50,114 bases of DNA from contig NZ_JBDWVM010000474.1 in NCBI RefSeq assembly GCF_039984035.1, positions 1-50,114 on the forward strand, written 5' to 3'. Source of the stretch: Planktotalea sp. GTDB taxonomy: Bacteria; Pseudomonadota; Alphaproteobacteria; Rhodobacterales; Rhodobacteraceae. The position numbers were made by a program, and so were the translations under genes. The notes below the pieces were generated by a model. It was not told the DNA's origin. It made no database searches and worked only from the letters and a program-made list of their open reading frames with translations. Positions 17,413 through 26,156 of this stretch are shown piece after piece. Within the stretch, counting starts at the first letter, position 1; the number at the start of each line of letters is the position of its first letter.

Positions 17413-18505
17413 TGGACAAGATGCCAGCATGGGCGGACGCGATCCTCGTCCCCCTCATTTCCCTCATTCTTGCGGCAATTCTATCCGCGCTCGTTATTAT
17501 CGGCATCGGAGAAGATCCGATTGCGGCGGTTAAGCTAATGGTTCAAGGCTCCTTGGGGAGCACCTATGGCTGGGGCTATACGCTCTACTACGCGACGAAC
17601 TTTATGTTCACAGGTCTCGCTGTTGCCGTCGCCTTTCACGCCCGCATGTTCAACATCGGCGGTGAGGGGCAAGCGATGCTTGGCGGCCTCGGCGTTGCTG
17701 TCGTTTGCCTATATATGCCTTGGCCGCACTGGTCGCTTGCGTTGATCTTTGCGACGCTCTCGGCAGCTGTATTCGGCGCGCTGTGGGCGTTCTTGCCTGC
17801 GTATTTGCAGGCGAAACGTGGCAGCCACACGTGATCACGACGATCATGTTCAACTTCATTGCCTCAGCTTTATTGAACTATCTACTCGTGAACGTCATGC
17901 GCCCCGCTGGCGCAATGGATCCAGCCACGGCCAAGTTCCCAGAGGCGACACATCTGCCAACACTACACGATCTCCTTGCGCCCTTTGGCATTGCCTTCTC
18001 CAAGGCGGCGCCTGCAAACATCTCTTTGCTCGTCGCGATATTGGCCTGTGTTGCGGTCTATTTCCTGATCTGGCGCACAAAGCTCGGCTATGAAATCCGC
18101 GCCTTTGGCCATTCGGAATCTGGCGCGAAATATGCAGGCATCAGCCCTGTAAAAATCACCATCGTTGCCATGCTGATTTCCGGTGGCCTCGCTGGCATGA
18201 TGGCGATCAACAATGTCATGGGCGAAGGCGAACGCCTGATCATGAACGCCACCGAAGGCGCAGGCTTCATCGGGATTGCTGTTGCTCTGATGGGCCGCTC
18301 GCATCCACTGGGCGTGTTCCTTGCGGCGATCCTCTTTGGTTTCCTCTATCAGGGCGGCGCAGAACTCGCGCTTTGGACATCGATTCCACGGGAATTGATC
18401 GTTGTGATCCAAGCCCTGGTCATTCTCTTTACTGGAGCACTCGACAATATGGTGCGCATGCCGCTCGAAAAACTCTTCCTCGCTTTCCGTAAGGGAGACG
18501 CATGA
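17412..18505 (+). pseudogene. ABC transporter permease with a frameshift near 17829-17830 (true pseudogene or sequencing error)
   Basis: ORF 17412-17834 ends ...AYLQAKRGSH-T-stop, and the other frame continues VITTIMFNFIA. The family reads RGSH(I/V)VITTIM; the sequence ggc agc cac ac gtg atc lacks one base. Confidence 0.85.
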
Positions 18506-19470
18506 TGGATTTTCTTTCTATTATCCAAGTGCTCGACAGCACTGTTCGTCTTGCTACGCCTTTGCTCTTGGCCTGTCTTGCCGGTCTCTTTTCCGAACGC
18601 GCCGGTATTTTCGACATCGGTCTTGAGGGAAAGATGCTCGCAGCTGCATTCTTCTCAGCTGCAGTTGCGGCTGTCACAGGCTCTGTTTGGCTTGGTTTGT
18701 GCGCGGGCATTGCCGCATCTCTGGCGCTTTCGCTTATTCATGGCCTCGCTTCGATCACGTTCCGAGGCAATCAACTGATCTCAGGCGTTGCGATCAACTT
18801 TCTTGCGGCCGGGATGACCGTTCTCATCGCGCAAAGTTGGTTTAGCCAAGGGGGACGCACGCCTTCCCTGATGGGCGGCGGACGTTTCAATCCAATTGAT
18901 CTGCCTTTCGCAGAGGCCCTTAGTGGTGTTCCCTTTCTGGGGCCTATCTATTCCGAACTAATCTCGGGCCATTCAATCTTGGTCTACGTTGCCTTTTTAA
19001 CTGTGCCTGCAACATGGTGGATCCTGTTTCGCACACGCTTTGGCCTACGTTTACGAGCGGTTGGAGAAAACCCCGCCGCGGTTGACACGGCAGGTGTTTC
19101 TGTCGTTGGCCTTCGGTTTGCAGCAGTCGCAATCTGTGGCGTACTTTGCGGTATTGCCGGCGCCTATCTCGCAACGGGCCTGCAGGCTGGTTTCGTGAAA
19201 GACATGACTGCTGGCCGTGGCTTTATCGCCCTAGCGGCGCTGATCTTTGCGAAATGGCGTCCTTGGTATGCCCTCAGCGCTTGCTTGCTCTTTGGCTTCC
19301 TACAGGCGATTGCGCTCCGCTATCAGAACATCGAATTTGGTCCCGTGACACTGCCGGTCCAATTCATGGATGCGCTGCCTTATATTTTGACGGTTGTTAT
19401 CCTCGCTGGCTTTGTCGGCAAAGCCGTGCCGCCACGTGCTGGCGGTGAGCCTTACGTCAAAGAAAGATAG
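18502..19470 (+). CDS. ABC transporter permease (nucleoside type)
   Basis: SERAGIFDIGLEG, TRFGLRLRAVGENP, AGRGFIALAALIF.KW. Confidence 0.94.
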   Translation: MMDFLSIIQVLDSTVRLATPLLLACLAGLFSERAGIFDIGLEGKMLAAAFFSAAVAAVTGSVWLGLCAGIAASLALSLIHGLASITFRGNQLISGVAINFLAAGMTVLIAQSWFSQGGRTPSLMGGGRFNPIDLPFAEALSGVPFLGPIYSELISGHSILVYVAFLTVPATWWILFRTRFGLRLRAVGENPAAVDTAGVSVVGLRFAAVAICGVLCGIAGAYLATGLQAGFVKDMTAGRGFIALAALIFAKWRPWYALSACLLFGFLQAIALRYQNIEFGPVTLPVQFMDALPYILTVVILAGFVGKAVPPRAGGEPYVKER

Positions 19471-19568
19471 CTTAACATATAGCCAGTTGCCGCGACCATT
19501 CCGCACCAGATGCGGAAAGCGCGGCGACTCATCTTGCACCTCCAACCCTTCGCGGTTTAGGAGTGGCC

Positions 19569-20486
19569 ATGCAAATTTACCTGCCCATCGCCGAAGTTTC
19601 GGTCAATGCGTTCCTTTTGTTAGGTTTGGGTGGCCTTGTGGGCATCTTGTCCGGCATGTTTGGCGTTGGCGGTGGCTTTTTAATGACGCCATTGCTTTTC
19701 TTCATTGGCATCCCCCCTGCTGTTGCCGTTGCAACCGAAGCGAACCAAATCGTCGCCTCGTCTTTCTCGGGCGTACTTGCCCATGTGAAACGAAGGTCCG
19801 TCGATTTCAGGATGGGGACCGTCTTACTCATTGGCGGTCTGGCAGGCGCAGCCTTAGGTGTTTTGGTCTTCAACTACCTGCGTAGTCTTGGCCAAGTCGA
19901 TCTGCTCGTAAAACTTTGCTACGTTCTTTTTCTTGGCATCATCGGCGCGCTAATGTTCGTCGAAAGCTTGAATGCTATACGCCGATCCAAAAAGCCCGGA
20001 GCTGTGCCCAAACGCAAGCAGCGTGGCTGGATCCATGCACTGCCGTTTAAAATGCGATTCCGTACCTCTGGTCTATATATTTCAGTAATCCCACCTTTGA
20101 TGGTTGGTCTGGCAGTTGGCATTTTAGCCGCAATCATGGGCGTTGGCGGTGGCTTTATCATGGTGCCCGCAATGATCTATTTACTGGGTATGCCCACCAA
20201 AGTGGTTGTTGGCACATCCCTGTTTCAGATCATTTTTGTGACCGCATTCACAACGCTCCTGCACGCGACGACGAACTTTACGGTTGATATGGTACTGGCC
20301 GTTCTTTTGCTTGTTGGCGGTGTGTTTGGTGCGCAAATCGGAACGCGCATCGGGACACGACTGAAAGCTGAGCAGCTTCGAATTCTGCTTGCAGTCATGG
20401 TTCTGGCTGTCTGCGGAAAACTCGCGTTCGACCTGCTGCTAATGCCTACTGAGCTTTATTCACTCGGCGCGACAGAAGGTCACTGA
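19569..20486 (+). CDS. Sulfite exporter TauE/SafE family protein
   Basis: Duplicated G..SGMFGVGGGF / G..AAIMGVGGGF motifs; MQIYLPIAE start. Confidence 0.9.
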   Translation: MQIYLPIAEVSVNAFLLLGLGGLVGILSGMFGVGGGFLMTPLLFFIGIPPAVAVATEANQIVASSFSGVLAHVKRRSVDFRMGTVLLIGGLAGAALGVLVFNYLRSLGQVDLLVKLCYVLFLGIIGALMFVESLNAIRRSKKPGAVPKRKQRGWIHALPFKMRFRTSGLYISVIPPLMVGLAVGILAAIMGVGGGFIMVPAMIYLLGMPTKVVVGTSLFQIIFVTAFTTLLHATTNFTVDMVLAVLLLVGGVFGAQIGTRIGTRLKAEQLRILLAVMVLAVCGKLAFDLLLMPTELYSLGATEGH

Positions 20487-21247
20487 TGCTACGATATCTA
20501 CTCCTCCTCGTGACGCTGGCATTGCCTGTGCAAGCCGATGAACAAGTTGTCCTTGGTTTGTCCCATGACAAAGTTTCCATCACAGCAAATTTTGACGGCT
20601 CGGAAATCCTGATTTTTGGCGCGGTTAAGCGAGAGACAGCAATCCCGAAAGACTCTCCTCTTGGCGTAATCGTCGCCATTCAAGGGCCATCCGAACCGAT
20701 TACGGTACGCCGTAAGGAAAAACGATTTGGCATTTGGATCAACACGGACGCCGTTGAGGTCGATGCAGCGCCTAGCTTTTATGCTGTTGCAACCAGCGCC
20801 CCATTGGATGAAATCCTGAGCGCAACGGAGGATTTGCGTTACAAGATTTCAATCCCGCAAGCGATCCGCTCCGTTGGTGCGCCCATGACAGTCTCTGATC
20901 CGCAGAATTTCACCGAGGCCGTGATCCGCATTCGTAAAAGCAATGACCTATACCAACATCTGGACGGTGCGGTTGAGCTTAGCGAAGAAACACTGTTCAG
21001 AACCTCTATTGCGATGCCCGCTAATCTTACGGTTGGTGACTACCGCACCCGCATCTACCTCACACGCGCAGGGAGCGTTTTGTCAGAATATGAGACTGTC
21101 ATTGACGTGCGCAAGGTCGGCCTTGAGCGTTGGCTGTTTAATCTATCGCGCCACCAGCCGCTCTTGTACGGCCTGTTGTCTTTGGCCATCGCAATCATCG
21201 CTGGATGGGGTGCATCTGCGATCTTCTCGCGCCTGCGCACAAACTAA
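20486..21247 (+). CDS. TIGR02186 family conserved membrane protein
   Basis: V.ITANF.GSEILIFGA, VRRKEKRFGIWIN, LFRT.I..PANL, V.KVGLE; usual partner of the upstream TauE gene. Confidence 0.85.
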   Translation: MLRYLLLLVTLALPVQADEQVVLGLSHDKVSITANFDGSEILIFGAVKRETAIPKDSPLGVIVAIQGPSEPITVRRKEKRFGIWINTDAVEVDAAPSFYAVATSAPLDEILSATEDLRYKISIPQAIRSVGAPMTVSDPQNFTEAVIRIRKSNDLYQHLDGAVELSEETLFRTSIAMPANLTVGDYRTRIYLTRAGSVLSEYETVIDVRKVGLERWLFNLSRHQPLLYGLLSLAIAIIAGWGASAIFSRLRTN

Positions 21248-21249
21248 AC

Positions 21250-21312
21250 TTCATCTTTCAAAATAAACTTCGGGGGAGTCTCAGCCTGCTGAGACGGGGG
21301 CCGGCCCCCTCT
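21250..21312 (+). repeat. Structured intergenic repeat, copy 2
   Basis: TTCATCTTTCAAAATAAACTTCGGGGGA-GTCTCAGC(CT)GCTGAGAC-GGGGG(CCGG)CCCCC-TCT, between convergent genes. Confidence 0.85.
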
Positions 21313-21327
21313 CCCGTTTGCAAATTA

Positions 21328-22857
21328 TTAGATGTCTTCGCTTTGTAGTGTCAGCGTCGCCGCTGGCGCTGCCTTCAAATCATCGACCCTCAGAACTCCA
21401 GTCGGGCGTGATAAACGATTCCGCGTGACCCAGATCAGTCGTTCTTGCGCCCGCGTAATGGCGACGTAAGCAAGACGTTTCCACAAGGGCTGCCCTGCCT
21501 CAACGCGCCCCATCCGCGCTGCGACGAAAAGGTCAGGAGAAAAGACCTGCACCGTATCCCACTGGCTCCCTTGCGCCTTGTGAATGGTCACCGCTGCCCC
21601 ATGCAGAAACGTCGCTCCCATGCGCGCGGCAAAGGGGATAAAGGGTTCTTCCTCATCCGGTTTTTCGATCTTAACGATAGAAGCGGCAGAAACCTGCGGA
21701 TCTTCTGCACCCATAACATGAAGGCGAGAAAAACCTGGTTTGCGGCCATGTCCGAGATAGATAACTTGTGCGCCTTTGATCAATCCACGCGCCTCTAGAT
21801 CGAGGCGCTTTTTGCGATGCTTGAGCGGCAATTCAATACCATCACATATCAATGGTTCGCCCTCTAGGAGCTCATCCTCAGGCGCACCATGAACGCTGCG
21901 AAAGGCGTTGATCAAACGAATACGCGTTGCATTGCGCCAAACGAGAACAGGGGAACGCGCCATGAGATCGACCTCAACACGCTGTCCCCAAACAACACGT
22001 TCATCTTTGCGCGCAGCGTCCTCGACCATCCGTTCAAAACTTTGAAAATCAAGCTGCGGGTCTGCCAAGGCATGGGCCAGATCAAGGATCGGGTTGTCCG
22101 CATCTTGGCGGTGAATACGTTTGAGTTCCAACTTGTTGGGGCCTGACAATCCGTCAAAAACCATGCCACCCGATTGATTAACGGGCGCAAGCTGCGCTGG
22201 ATCACCGAAAAGAACGAGGGTTGGAAAAATCTCTTTCAGGTCATTGAATTGCTTATCGTCCAACATGGAGGACTCATCCACGAAGCCAATATCAAGCGGG
22301 TCTTCGCGCCGCTTCCAGCCTGTGATGAAATCGGAGCCCCTTAGCCCAGCTGTCGCCAATGCGCCCGGAATGGATTTGTTGAGTTGAAAGAATTCAAACG
22401 CGCGATCAAGTGCCTCGTCCGTCAGCCCTTCAATCTGGGGCCGCTCACCATTTCCCGCCAGCCATTCAGCGACTTTTTCGTATTCTGGATCATAGACAGG
22501 GGTGTAGAGAATACGATGGATTGTCGTTGCTGGAACGCCGCGCATGCGCAGGACGGACGCCGCCTTGTTTGTAGGTGCAAGGATGGCCAACGTGCGTTTT
22601 TCTTTCTTTTTCCGGCTTTCGAAATCGCCAGAAACGATCTCGACCCCTGCCGCTTCCAATGCTTTGTAAAGCTCTGCAAGAAGAAGGGTTTTGCCCGAAC
22701 CCGCTTTGCCAATAAGCGCCATCACACTTTGCTCAGAGGAACGCGGTGGCATGAGCAGGGAGTCGTCAAGATCAACGCCCGCGCTGCGCAACATTTCTGT
22801 TACGGCATCAAAGGCGGAAGCTTGGTCATCGGAAAGGGTAACTGTGGGAAGTGACAT
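21328..22857 (-). CDS. SF1 ATP-dependent DNA helicase, RecD/exonuclease V alpha-like
   Basis: GKAGSGKT, LAPTNKAA, TIHR, VDESSM, FGDPAQLAPV, TIHKAQGSQW, YVAITRA. Confidence 0.9.
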   Translation of the reverse strand: MSLPTVTLSDDQASAFDAVTEMLRSAGVDLDDSLLMPPRSSEQSVMALIGKAGSGKTLLLAELYKALEAAGVEIVSGDFESRKKKEKRTLAILAPTNKAASVLRMRGVPATTIHRILYTPVYDPEYEKVAEWLAGNGERPQIEGLTDEALDRAFEFFQLNKSIPGALATAGLRGSDFITGWKRREDPLDIGFVDESSMLDDKQFNDLKEIFPTLVLFGDPAQLAPVNQSGGMVFDGLSGPNKLELKRIHRQDADNPILDLAHALADPQLDFQSFERMVEDAARKDERVVWGQRVEVDLMARSPVLVWRNATRIRLINAFRSVHGAPEDELLEGEPLICDGIELPLKHRKKRLDLEARGLIKGAQVIYLGHGRKPGFSRLHVMGAEDPQVSAASIVKIEKPDEEEPFIPFAARMGATFLHGAAVTIHKAQGSQWDTVQVFSPDLFVAARMGRVEAGQPLWKRLAYVAITRAQERLIWVTRNRLSRPTGVLRVDDLKAAPAATLTLQSEDI

Positions 22858-22909
22858 GAGGCGCAGAGTACCTGCGCCCCTGACTGAGTGCCAGCCTTGG
22901 TTTGCCTTC

Positions 22910-23545
22910 TCAGGCGCTAATTGACAGCTTTAATGCATCATTGCCAAAAGCATCTTCAAACCATGACCTAGAGAGCGCTTCGGAAATATCCGCCTTTTTC
23001 GAAACCCGCGCGCGCGCGTCATCGCTAAAAGCCCAGAGCCCAACACTGGTTTTATCGCGCCCCTCACCGACGCTCCCAAGCAAATCGGGGCTGGCCCCAA
23101 TCATCCGGTAGATGCGCACCATACGCGCATCAAATACGCCAACAAAATGCTTCACACCGAAGTTTTCCATGACTTCACCGCCGGCGAGCATAAGCGCCGC
23201 TGCAGTGCGCGCTTCAGCTGTTCGCGAAAGGCAAAACCGTGTACATTCCCAAATTAAAGGGCTTCGGATTTCCACGCCATCCAAGATGTCTGAGAAGTGT
23301 TCGTTTACCATAATGCGGCCCATGCTTGGCAAGAGGCGCATCGAACCACCGTGTGTGCCGTCTGGTTTTTCGTAGATGACGTAGAGAGGGTTGAGCGCAT
23401 CATATTGATCCCGCTCCCACCCGTTTTCATCTACGCTTACGTCCCAGCCGAGCCGCGTTTTGAACTGATCTGCCCGATCGAGAAACATGGTTTCTGCCAG
23501 TTTGGGCGTTTCATTCAGTTCATCGCCATAAAGATATCTGATCAT
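22910..23545 (-). CDS. luxI: Acyl-homoserine lactone synthase (LuxI family)
   Basis: MF.DRA.QFK.RLGW.V.....G.E.DQYD, GSMRLLP, IWECTRFC; start set at MIRYLYG. Confidence 0.93.
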   Translation of the reverse strand: MIRYLYGDELNETPKLAETMFLDRADQFKTRLGWDVSVDENGWERDQYDALNPLYVIYEKPDGTHGGSMRLLPSMGRIMVNEHFSDILDGVEIRSPLIWECTRFCLSRTAEARTAAALMLAGGEVMENFGVKHFVGVFDARMVRIYRMIGASPDLLGSVGEGRDKTSVGLWAFSDDARARVSKKADISEALSRSWFEDAFGNDALKLSISA

Positions 23546-23550
23546 AGTTG

Positions 23551-23578
23551 CTTTCCCCACTTTAATGACTGGGGAAAG
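23551..23578 (-). promoter_or_regulatory. Leader hairpin occluding the luxI ribosome binding site
   Basis: mRNA CTTTCCCCA-10 nt-TGGGGAAAG-CAACT-ATG; the 9-bp stem includes the purine-rich SD-like arm. Confidence 0.5.
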
Positions 23579-23631
23579 TGCAACATCTGCCTGAATCTAT
23601 GATGAACGCAGCGTTCGGTGTCTGTTAACCT

Positions 23632-24363
23632 TTATACGACGATCAAACCACGGCTCATCGCCCGTGCAACAGCATGCGTTGTGTTGATTGCGCCGAGCTT
23701 AAAGCGTGCGGATTCTATGTAGACCCGCAAGGTATGTTCAGAAATTGCCATCGTGTCGGCGGCCTGCGCGCGGTTGAAGCCCATCGCAAGAAAAGTCATC
23801 GCATCCGTTTCACGCGGGGATAGCGTACGCGCGGCCTCAGGAACGCGATTTGGTTCGAACTCTAATGCTTTTTGGTTGAAGAAATGTGCGAGCAAGATGA
23901 GTTGACGGCGGTGTTTTTTGGTAAACTCTTCCCATTCCTCGTCCGCACACCGATGTGACGCGGTAAAGAGCGCATATTGTCCATTCGGACCGCGCATGGG
24001 GATAGAAAAACCCTGATTTCCAACCCCAAACTTTATAGCTTCGGCTTGAAAGCTACGGGCTGCTTTGGACGACCAATCAAGGCGTTTCCAATCAACTGGG
24101 TGGAAGCGCTGATAGCATCCCAGAATGACTGGATCGATGCGAAGATACTCACGCTCAAGGTAACGTGTGACCCATTCATCTGAATACGTGCCGCACCCAT
24201 ATTGCTCACCCTGACTATTAACCCAGTGATATACGAAGTGATCGATTTTGAAGGCATCGCGTAAATCGACGATGGCTGCCTGCAGCTCTTCAAGCCCGGA
24301 AGCGCGTTCCAGCTCGGCTAGGGTGCGGTCTACGTCCGCAAGATGCAGTGTTTGAGCCAACAA
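23632..24363 (-). CDS. luxR: LuxR family autoinducer-binding transcriptional regulator; TTG start uncertain
   Basis: Y...W...Y....Y.RIDPV, PVDW, FG..NQGFSIP autoinducer domain; LSPRE...G.......ISEHT....ESARFKLGA.NTTHAVA HTH. Confidence 0.94.
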   Translation of the reverse strand: MLAQTLHLADVDRTLAELERASGLEELQAAIVDLRDAFKIDHFVYHWVNSQGEQYGCGTYSDEWVTRYLEREYLRIDPVILGCYQRFHPVDWKRLDWSSKAARSFQAEAIKFGVGNQGFSIPMRGPNGQYALFTASHRCADEEWEEFTKKHRRQLILLAHFFNQKALEFEPNRVPEAARTLSPRETDAMTFLAMGFNRAQAADTMAISEHTLRVYIESARFKLGAINTTHAVARAMSRGLIVV

Positions 24364-24517
24364 GCGGCCTTTCTTTCATTGCTTCGATCTCTGCAATGGC
24401 CGTGCGGTGCGTGTCATCCAATTGCGCAGCGAGCGCAGGAAGACCGTTAACCGCTGCAAAGGTTTTCAAATCTGTTAATACGTCCAAGAGCCAATCATTT
24501 TTCAATTTAAGTCTCAC
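24290..24517 (-). CDS. Small hypothetical protein upstream of and overlapping luxR (start GTG 24517 or TTG 24505)
   Basis: [37 protein letters not shown] is a protein-like amphipathic helical sequence that I recall from Roseobacter hypothetical proteins; it lies directly below the CtrA box. Confidence 0.7.
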   Translation of the reverse strand: MRLKLKNDWLLDVLTDLKTFAAVNGLPALAAQLDDTHRTAIAEIEAMKERPLVGSNTASCGRRPHPSRAGTRFRA

Positions 24518-24525
24518 TTGCAGTG

Positions 24526-24542
24526 GTTAATGAATCGTTAAC
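24526..24542. promoter_or_regulatory. CtrA binding site (full)
   Basis: GTTAA-TGAATCG-TTAAC fits TTAA-N7-TTAAC on both strands; an extra half site TTAACC (minus strand) at 24561-24566. Confidence 0.8.
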
Positions 24543-24656
24543 ACAACCATAGCACGAACGGGTTAATTGAAGGTATTCACGAGAAACAACTCCCCAGAAA
24601 TAGGGAGGAGGCCCTAAATAAGCCTCTGAATTTACAGAACCGACCTTCCAGAACGC

Positions 24657-24692
24657 AAAACGCCCGCGAACACCTAAGTGATTCGCGGACGC
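24657..24692 (-). terminator. Probable terminator of ccr
   Basis: CCGCGAA...TTCGCGG stem, followed by TTTT on the minus strand. Confidence 0.55.
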
Positions 24693-24721
24693 ATTGTTTC
24701 TTGTTTGGAAACGTTAAGAGC

Positions 24722-26005
24722 TTAACCAGCGTCCAACACATCTTCCAAAGTGCGCAGACCGGTCTTTGGCGCTTGAACAAGAACCGACATATTGCCCGGC
24801 TTATGCTCGTTCCGCAGCATCTTCATATGCGCGTCTGGCAGGTCGTTCCATTCGAACACCTCGGACATGCAAGGATCGAGGCGGCGTTCCACCATCAACT
24901 TGTTTGCGGCTGACGCTTGCTTGAGGTGCGCAAAGTGGCTGCCCTGCAGACGCTTTTGGTGCATCCACATGTAGCGCACGTCAAACGTCAGGTTGAAGCC
25001 GGACGTTCCTGCACAGATCACAACCATACCGCCCTTTTTCACAACGAAGGTCGACACTGGGAAGGTCGCTTCGCCAGGATGTTCAAACACCATGTCGACG
25101 TTGTTGCCTTTGCCAGTGATGTCCCAGATCGCCTTGCCAAACTTGCGCGCTTCTTTGAACCATGCCGCATATTCTGGCGTATTCACCGTCGGCAATTGGC
25201 CCCAGCAATTGAAATCCTTACGGTTCAACACGCCTTTTGCACCAAGACCCATAACGAATTCACGTTTGTCTTCGTCAGAAATGACGCCAATTGCGTTTGC
25301 ACCAGCAGCGTTGATCAATTGGATCGCGTAAGAGCCCAAGCCACCAGAGGCACCCCAAACCAGAACGTTCTGGCCCGGCTTCAAATCATGCGGTTCGTGG
25401 CCGAACAACATGCGGTATGCCGTAGCAAGCGTAAGAGTGTAACAAGCGCTTTCTTCCCACGTCAGATGCTTTGGGCGCGGCATAAGTTGTTGCGCTTGCA
25501 CATTTGTGAACTGGGCAAACGAACCGTCTGGCGTTTCATAGCCCCAAATACGCTGGCTGTTGGAATACATTGGATCGCCGCCATTGCATTCTTCATCATC
25601 ACCATCGTCTTGGTTGCAATGAATCACAACTTCATCGCCAACTTTCCAACGTTTCACTTTGTCGCCAACGGCCCACACGATGCCAGACGCATCAGAACCT
25701 GCGATGTGAAACGGCTGACCATGACCATCAAAAGGAGAAATCGGTTGGCCCAAGGATGCCCAAACACCGTTGTAGTTAACACCAGCGGCCATCACGAGCA
25801 CGAGCACTTCGTGGCTATCCAGAACAGGTACGTCGATCACCTCTTGCTGCATCGCAGTATCAGGTTCGCCGTGGCGCTCTCTACGAATTGCCCAAGCGTA
25901 CATTTTCTTGGGAACAAAACCCAATGGTGGGATTTCGCCCATTTCATAGAGGTCTTTTTCAGGTGCGTCATACGATGCAATGCCGGTTTCTGTGTCCAGA
26001 GCCAT
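24722..26005 (-). CDS. ccr: Crotonyl-CoA carboxylase/reductase
   Basis: KDLYEMGEIPPLG.VP..MYAWAIR.ERHG, MAAGVNYNGVWA, IWGYET, WGASGGLG, WMHQKRLQGSHFA; AGGAGG ribosome binding site before ATG 26005. Confidence 0.97.
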   Translation of the reverse strand: MALDTETGIASYDAPEKDLYEMGEIPPLGFVPKKMYAWAIRRERHGEPDTAMQQEVIDVPVLDSHEVLVLVMAAGVNYNGVWASLGQPISPFDGHGQPFHIAGSDASGIVWAVGDKVKRWKVGDEVVIHCNQDDGDDEECNGGDPMYSNSQRIWGYETPDGSFAQFTNVQAQQLMPRPKHLTWEESACYTLTLATAYRMLFGHEPHDLKPGQNVLVWGASGGLGSYAIQLINAAGANAIGVISDEDKREFVMGLGAKGVLNRKDFNCWGQLPTVNTPEYAAWFKEARKFGKAIWDITGKGNNVDMVFEHPGEATFPVSTFVVKKGGMVVICAGTSGFNLTFDVRYMWMHQKRLQGSHFAHLKQASAANKLMVERRLDPCMSEVFEWNDLPDAHMKMLRNEHKPGNMSVLVQAPKTGLRTLEDVLDAG

Positions 26006-26027
26006 AATGGCCTCCTGTATTGGTGTC

Positions 26028-26042
26028 CGCCGCAACGCAGAA
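26028..26042. promoter_or_regulatory. PhaR-like site near ccr (degenerate)
   Basis: CGCCGCA-A-CGCAGAA; further TGC/GCA-rich elements at 26122-26156. Confidence 0.35.
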
Positions 26043-26156
26043 TCGTTGCTCTCCAACACGGGATAAAGTTCATCGCGCAACAATGCAACACCAGAAAGTA
26101 ATTTTGAGTAACTTTATAACCCAGCAAATGCAGCATTTATCGCTGCACCTGCACAA

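Noticed and set aside
17831-17840. GTGATCAC inside coding regions (here and about 37238)
   Set aside because: Explained by Val-Ile-Thr codons; single copies that lack the terminal A and promoter context
24637-24654. GAAC direct repeat as an alphaproteobacterial LexA box
   Set aside because: The spacer is 10 bp, not the required 7
24917-26101. 394-aa plus-strand ORF (also 31991-32947, 44662-45726, 9220-9987, 13188-14228 and similar)
   Set aside because: Antisense shadows of well-identified genes (ccr, sdhB, sucA, phoX, tsaB/rimI), expected from codon bias; no recognisable motifs
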